The translations under genes were made by a program, and so were the position numbers. Of a stretch of 64,000 nucleotides of DNA, positions 58,943 to 64,000 are shown piece by piece. The stretch's first letter is position 1; each line of letters opens with the position of its first letter. The DNA is taken from the NCBI GenBank assembly GCA_044229975.1, contig JBGARZ010000004.1, forward strand, positions 224,001-288,000. The letters are read 5' to 3'. The notes under the pieces were generated by a model, which was not told the DNA's origin, did not search any database, and worked only from the letters and a program-made list of their open reading frames with translations. This stretch comes from Polyangiales bacterium (GTDB taxonomy: Bacteria > Myxococcota_A > Polyangia > Polyangiales > Ga0077539).

Positions 58943-59377
58943 GTGCCCGCTCGCGACCGATTCCACGAGGCAGTGCGCCGCGCGCTTACCGCGGACGGCT
59001 GGACGATCACCCATGACCCGTATCGCCTGGTGTCTGGCCGCCGCAACCTCTACGTCGATCTCGGCGCCGAGCGCCTCATCGCTGCCGAGCGTGGAGTCAC
59101 GCGTGTCGCTGTGGAAGTGAAGACCTTCCAGGGGCTCTCAGACATCAGCGACCTTGAGCAGGCCGTCGGGCAACACGCGATCTACCGCATCCTCCTCGAT
59201 ACACAGGAACCCGCGCGCAAGCTCTTCCTTGGTGTCCCCGAGGAGGTGTGGAAGACGCTCTTCGTCGAGCCACTCGGCGCCGCGGTGCGTGAGCGCCTCC
59301 TCGATCGCATCGTGCGCTTCGACCCCCAACAGGAGAGGATCATCGAATGGATGCCCCCGCCGAGTGGCGAGACCTGA
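58943..59377 (+). CDS. xisH: XisH family protein
   Basis: 'ARDRFHEAVRRAL..DGWTITHDP', 'YVDLGAE', 'AVEVKTF', 'AVGQ'. Confidence 0.9.
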   Translation: MPARDRFHEAVRRALTADGWTITHDPYRLVSGRRNLYVDLGAERLIAAERGVTRVAVEVKTFQGLSDISDLEQAVGQHAIYRILLDTQEPARKLFLGVPEEVWKTLFVEPLGAAVRERLLDRIVRFDPQQERIIEWMPPPSGET

Positions 59378-59673
59378 TCGAGCGCCTGCTGCGCGAGCAC
59401 GCCCGCGACCCCGTGTCGCACGGCGCGATCGACCTCATGACCGTCGGCGACCGCGTCGGCGACCACTACCTGCTGATGGCCGTCGGGTGGGACGGCTACC
59501 AGCGCATCCACGCACCGCTGCTCCACCTCGACATTGCCGACGGCCGAATCTGGATACAGCACGACGGCACGGACACTGGCATCGCGGCGGAGCTGCTCGC
59601 GGCGGGCGTTCCGGGCCACCGCATCGTGCTCGCGTTCAAGCACCCGAGCCGGCGCAACGAGATCGCTGCCTGA
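59347..59673 (+). CDS. xisI: XisI family protein
   Basis: 'HYLLMAVGW', 'HLDI..GRIWIQHDGT..GIA.EL...GVP...IVLAF'. Confidence 0.9.
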   Translation: MDAPAEWRDLIERLLREHARDPVSHGAIDLMTVGDRVGDHYLLMAVGWDGYQRIHAPLLHLDIADGRIWIQHDGTDTGIAAELLAAGVPGHRIVLAFKHPSRRNEIAA

Positions 59674-59712
59674 CGCGATCAGCACGCGACGCAGTGACGG
59701 CGTTGAGAGCGC

Positions 59713-59979
59713 ATGGGTGACGAGCGACGTTTGGTGGGTCACTGCTCCGACATCATCACGCTCACGCCCGGCAAGCGCTCGGGCAAGCCGTGCGTCCGCG
59801 ACCTCCGCATCACCGTCTACGACGTCCTGTCCTACCTCGCGGCAGGCATGACCGAGACGGAGATCCTGGGGGAGTTTCCCGAGCTCACTGTCGAGGACCT
59901 GCGTGCCTGCCTCGCGTTCGACGAAGACACGGAGGCCGCAGAGCTGACGGTCACAAGGTCGGCCGAGCCGTCCACGTAG
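59713..59979 (+). CDS. DUF433 family protein (antitoxin-like)
   Basis: 'PGKRSGKPCVRDLRITVYDVL..LAAGMT..EIL.EFPELT.EDLRACLAF'. Confidence 0.88.
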   Translation: MGDERRLVGHCSDIITLTPGKRSGKPCVRDLRITVYDVLSYLAAGMTETEILGEFPELTVEDLRACLAFDEDTEAAELTVTRSAEPST

Positions 59980-60025
59980 ACGTGCGGCGCGCTGTCGCGG
60001 GTGTCGTAGCCTCGCCAGGATTTTC

Positions 60026-61144
60026 ATGACGACCTCCGCCCCTCCGGTGATCGTGCGCGGTCGCTTCGCCACCTCGCGGCGGCGGCTCTCCCGCTGGCTT
60101 GGCCTCCTGGGCTACGTGGCGATCAACGTCCTGGTCGTCGCGCTCCACTTCTTCTCGACGCCGATCGACAACACTCCGTGGCTGCTGATTTTCGTGGTGC
60201 TGGTCGTCACGGCGTTCGCGACGCTCGGCGGGCCGCTGCTGCTCCTGCTCGGGTTTTTCCTCCAGCGATCGCGTTGGGCGAAGGGCACGCTCCGCGTCGT
60301 CGAAGGAAGACTCGGGCGTCACTTCGCGCACGACGCCGAAGGCGACCCGATTGGTGTGTGCTTCCCGCTCGGGGAGGTCGTGCAGGGCGTGCGTCGGAGC
60401 GCGAACCGCGACGGCTTCGAGCTCACGCTGGCCAACGGCGACGTCCTCCTCGGCGAGTGCGATGACGACGTCGACGAGCTCCTGCACGCGCTCGGGGTCG
60501 GCCCCTCGCAGCGCGTCGCGACGATGCGTACCTCGGCCGCCACGACGCCGGCCTACCGCGCGCTGTGGCTCTACTGCGCCATGGTCCCGGCGATCATCGT
60601 CGCGCCGTTGTCGACCACGCTTCGACCCGCGCTGTCGGTGTTCGCGGGGCTGCTCGCGTGGGTGCTCGCCAACGCGTCGCGTGGACCCGAGGTGACCGTC
60701 GGCGTCGACGGGATGCGCGTGAACGGGCTGTGGGGAGAGACGTTCTATTCGTGGTCGACGGTGAACGAGGTGCGCATCCTCGGAGGAGCGCTGCGGGCGA
60801 CGCTGACGAACGGCCGCATGGTGAGCCTCGGGAGCGCGCTGGGGACGGCGGCAGAGGGGGCCGCGACGCTGTGGGTACGCGTCGAGATGGCGGGCGTGGT
60901 CGGGTCGCGACGCGGACCATGGCTCGAAGCGGCGACGGCGCAGCACAGGCCCACGGTGGCGCCGAAGCAGCCCGAGGCGCGGCGCGAACCCGAGGGGCCA
61001 GTGAGCGAGCCAGTGAGCGAGCCAGAGAGCGAGCCGGAGGGCGACACGACGGGGGTGCGCGTCGCTGCATTGGACGAGATGGGGGAGGGGATGGCGGAAG
61101 ACGCGGACGAGCGCGGGACGGAGCAGGCGGCACGGCGGGCGTGA
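60026..61144 (+). CDS. Hypothetical membrane protein
   Basis: Two pairs of hydrophobic helices; acidic EPVS-repeat tail. Confidence 0.65.
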   Translation: MTTSAPPVIVRGRFATSRRRLSRWLGLLGYVAINVLVVALHFFSTPIDNTPWLLIFVVLVVTAFATLGGPLLLLLGFFLQRSRWAKGTLRVVEGRLGRHFAHDAEGDPIGVCFPLGEVVQGVRRSANRDGFELTLANGDVLLGECDDDVDELLHALGVGPSQRVATMRTSAATTPAYRALWLYCAMVPAIIVAPLSTTLRPALSVFAGLLAWVLANASRGPEVTVGVDGMRVNGLWGETFYSWSTVNEVRILGGALRATLTNGRMVSLGSALGTAAEGAATLWVRVEMAGVVGSRRGPWLEAATAQHRPTVAPKQPEARREPEGPVSEPVSEPESEPEGDTTGVRVAALDEMGEGMAEDADERGTEQAARRA

Positions 61145-61169
61145 GCACGGCCAAGGGGCCTTCGATCGC

Positions 61170-61757
61170 CTACGGGAGCTCGTCCGCGCGCTCGATGATG
61201 CGCCCGGCGAGCCCGTAGGCCACGGCCTCCTCGGCGCTCATCCAGTGGTTGCGCTCGGTGTCGCGGGCGATCTTCTCCTCGGTCTGCCCGGTGGCGCGCG
61301 CGAAGATGGCGTTGAGCCGCGCGCGCATCGCGATCACCTGCCGCGCCTCGATCTCGATGTCGGCGGCGGGGCCGCGGATGCCGCCGCTGGGTTCATGCAG
61401 CAGGAAGCGCGTGTTGGGCAGCGCGTAGCGGTTGCGCCGCTCACACGCCGCATAGATGAGGGCGCCCGCGCTGGCGACCCACCCGCTGCCGACGGCGTGC
61501 ACCTCCGGCCCGATGAAGCGGATCACGTCATGGAGCGAGTCGCCCGACTCCACGTGGCCGCCGGGCGAGTTGATGTACAGCCGGATGGGCTCCGGACCCG
61601 CGGCGGCGAGGGCGAGGAGCTGCGACGCGACGCGCTCGGCGAGGGCCGCCGTCACCTCACCGAACAAGAGCACGGTGCGCGCGGCGAAGAGGCGCTCCAG
61701 CGCGAGCGGACTGACGGCGGGCGGTGTGGCGGTCGGCGGGTCTTCGGTGGTGGGCAT
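61170..61757 (-). CDS. clpP: ClpP-family protease subunit (paralog)
   Basis: 'YINSPGG', 'VASAG', 'FLLHEP', 'WMSAEEAVAYGL'. Confidence 0.9.
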   Translation of the reverse strand: MPTTEDPPTATPPAVSPLALERLFAARTVLLFGEVTAALAERVASQLLALAAAGPEPIRLYINSPGGHVESGDSLHDVIRFIGPEVHAVGSGWVASAGALIYAACERRNRYALPNTRFLLHEPSGGIRGPAADIEIEARQVIAMRARLNAIFARATGQTEEKIARDTERNHWMSAEEAVAYGLAGRIIERADELP

Positions 61758-61894
61758 CACCGCATCTGTGCGCGATCGCGGGGCGGTGGGGCCATTGCCG
61801 GGACGCTCGATGATTTGTCCAAGGCTCTCGAACTGCGTCGGAGGATGGCGTGGCACTGGACGAGGGCCGCGGAGCGTCGACACTCTCCGACTCC

Positions 61895-62314
61895 ATGGAG
61901 ACGCGCCGTCGCAGCACCCGGGATCATCTGCAACTCGTTCCGCCCGTCGAAGCCCGCGCGCCCGATGAGGCCGTGCGTCGCGCCGTCGAGCTGATGAAGG
62001 GCGACCTCGCCGCCGCGTGGACGGTCACCTCGCTCGCGCGCCGCGTGGGGCTGTCGCGGCCGGTCTTCGCGCGCCGCTTCCGCGAGAGCGAAGGGGTGTC
62101 GCCCGGTCGCTACCTCGCGGCGCTGCGGCTCGACGAGGCCGCGCGGCTGCTGCGGGTGACGGACGACGGGCTCGCGGGCGTGGCGTCGCGCGTGGGCTAT
62201 GCGTCGGAGTTTGCGTTCAACCGGGCGTTCAAGCGGCACCACGGACAGGCGCCGGGTGTGTACCGCCGGGGCGCTCGCACGAGCGGGCCGATGGAGTTTC
62301 GCGCCGCGGCGTGA
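61895..62314 (+). CDS. AraC-family HTH-only regulator
   Basis: 'WTVTSLARRVGLSR..FARRF', 'VGYASEFAFNRAFKR..G.APG.YR'. Confidence 0.88.
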   Translation: METRRRSTRDHLQLVPPVEARAPDEAVRRAVELMKGDLAAAWTVTSLARRVGLSRPVFARRFRESEGVSPGRYLAALRLDEAARLLRVTDDGLAGVASRVGYASEFAFNRAFKRHHGQAPGVYRRGARTSGPMEFRAAA

Positions 62315-62417
62315 GGCGCTGCCACTCACGGCGGTCGCACTCTTCCATTGATGCCCACCAACGCGTCGGGCCGCGGTCACCCGCCACGGCTCTCGCGGTA
62401 GAGTCCGTGCCCTCTCC

Positions 62418-64000
62418 ATGACGTCCCCGTTTCGTCAGCGCCCCGACGAGGGCCCCGCGCTCACCACCGCCGACGCCGTCCACGACGCCATCCACCAGAT
62501 GGTGCGCCAGTTCGCCGACCCGATGGCGTGGCTGCGCGAGCTCGTCCAGAACGCCCTCGACGCCGACACCACCACCATCGACGTCCGCCTCGACTACCAG
62601 CCCGACCGCGCCAACGATCGCGGAACCCTCCTCGCCTCCGTCACCGACGACGGCCGCGGCATGGACCAGGACACCATCGAGCGCTGCCTCGTCGTCCTCT
62701 TCCGCTCCACCAAAGACCGCGACCCCGCCAAGATCGGGAAGTTCGGCGTCGGGTTCTTCTCGGTCTTCGGCGCCGGGCCTTCCGTCGTCACCGTCGACAC
62801 GGGCCGCGCAGGCGCCGCCGAGGGCCTGCGCCTCACCTTCCGCCCCGACTTCACCTACGAGCTCGAATCCGCCCCGCCCTCCCGCGGCACCACCGTCTCT
62901 CTCACGCTCACGCTCACCGCCGCCGGGGCCGACGCCTTCGCCGAGGCCGCCCACGCCGCCCTCTCCCGCTGGTGCCCGCACGTCGCCGCGCCCTTGCAGC
63001 TCCGCACCCACGGCATCCCTTCGGGCGATCGCGACGTCCGCATCGATCGCCCCTTCGACATCGACGGCGCCGTCACGCTCACCCACCGCGTCGACGCGCG
63101 CACCGTGCTCGCGCTCGCCGTCGACCCGGTCGCGCACGTAGCCTTCTACAACCGCGGCATCCTCCTCTACGAGACCGCCGAGAGCCCTCTCCCTGGCGTT
63201 CGCTGGAAGGTCGACGCGCACGACCTGCACCACACCGTCTCGCGCGACAACGTCCGTCGCGACGCCGCCTTCGACCGCGTCCAACAGCTCGCGGCCGATC
63301 TCGCCCGCACCGCTCTCCGCGAGCGCTTCGTCGCTGCCTTCGCCGCCGTCACCGAACGCTTTGCCGTCGCCCGCCACACCAGCTACGCGCTCCCCGACGC
63401 CGAGCTCCTCACCACCTTCGCGCGCCTCGCGCTCGTCGCCCCCTACAAGCTCAAGCCCGCCGAGGTCGCGTGGCCTCTCGCGCACCCGCTCGCGTCGTCG
63501 CCCGAGCGCAACACGGCCGTGCTCTCCACGGGCATCCTCCAGCGCCCCGATCGCCGCTGCACCCACGTCCTCTCCAACCTCACCGCTGCCCTCGCGCGCC
63601 GTGACGTCCCCGTCGTCGACCTCGGTCCTCCGGGGTCCACCGCCGACGCGCTGCTCACCCTCCTGCGCGCCCACCACCACGAAGACCGCGTCGCCGCCGT
63701 CGAGGCCCGCTACCTCCTCGCGCGCGTCGCGCCCGCCGACGACCGCGCCCGCAAGCTGCTCGACGCCGTGCGCCCGCTGCTCCCTGCGCTCGACCTGCGC
63801 GACGTCGCCCTCGGCACCATCGAGGGCTGCGGCGGGACGATGGCCTTCGCGTGTGTTCCACACGATGGGCGCACCACCGAGTGGCTGCTCGACGCCACGA
63901 AGGACGAACCCTTCGCGCTCGACGACGACCGCGCCCTGCTGCTCCACACCGCGCACCCGCGGGTGGTCTCCGCCATCGCCGCCGCGAAGGTCGACCCCGC
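62418..64000 (+). CDS. GHKL (HSP90-like) ATPase domain protein, runs off the window
   Basis: My translation from ATG 62418: 'LRELVQNALDA', 'DDGRGM', 'IGKFGVGFFSVF'; absent from the ORF track, presumably because no stop lies in the window. Confidence 0.85.
   Translation, partial: MTSPFRQRPDEGPALTTADAVHDAIHQMVRQFADPMAWLRELVQNALDADTTTIDVRLDYQPDRANDRGTLLASVTDDGRGMDQDTIERCLVVLFRSTKDRDPAKIGKFGVGFFSVFGAGPSVVTVDTGRAGAAEGLRLTFRPDFTYELESAPPSRGTTVSLTLTLTAAGADAFAEAAHAALSRWCPHVAAPLQLRTHGIPSGDRDVRIDRPFDIDGAVTLTHRVDARTVLALAVDPVAHVAFYNRGILLYETAESPLPGVRWKVDAHDLHHTVSRDNVRRDAAFDRVQQLAADLARTALRERFVAAFAAVTERFAVARHTSYALPDAELLTTFARLALVAPYKLKPAEVAWPLAHPLASSPERNTAVLSTGILQRPDRRCTHVLSNLTAALARRDVPVVDLGPPGSTADALLTLLRAHHHEDRVAAVEARYLLARVAPADDRARKLLDAVRPLLPALDLRDVALGTIEGCGGTMAFACVPHDGRTTEWLLDATKDEPFALDDDRALLLHTAHPRVVSAIAAAKVDP

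Noticed and set aside
58943..59673. fdxN-like excision element
   Set aside because: No recombinase or interrupted gene is visible

Overview
Very GC-rich bacterial chromosomal DNA. Cys-rich 'CGxCGxxC' repeat lipoproteins, an FHA-sigma54 activator next to a Ser/Thr kinase, and PEGA/RCC1-type exported proteins suggest Myxococcota (Polyangiia-like); this is inference. Housekeeping genes (TRAP T/P components, grpE-dnaK, polA, hisD, nadE, a clpP paralog) alternate with accessory genes. I saw no rRNA, tRNA, integrase, transposase or CRISPR array. Leading observations: (1) an Abi_2/AbiF-type HEPN gene behind a structured, terminator-ending leader, a candidate RNA-antitoxin system; (2) a translationally coupled small protein plus nucleotidyltransferase pair, a candidate toxin-antitoxin system; (3) an exported tyrosinase-fold protein that has lost three of six copper histidines, preceded by a 3x22-bp repeat; (4) a kinase / FHA-sigma54 activator / sigma54-promoted small Cys peptide / FHA-FHA-ABC transporter module; (5) a PD-(D/E)XK two-gene cassette and an XisH-XisI-DUF433 cluster; (6) a ~230-bp palindromic element and other structured intergenic DNA; (7) decayed genes (ParDE-like, NADAR, a probable frameshift); (8) a recurring C-rich to G-rich gradient along coding strands. 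All family calls come from motif recognition by eye, with no database searches, and many start codons are estimates.
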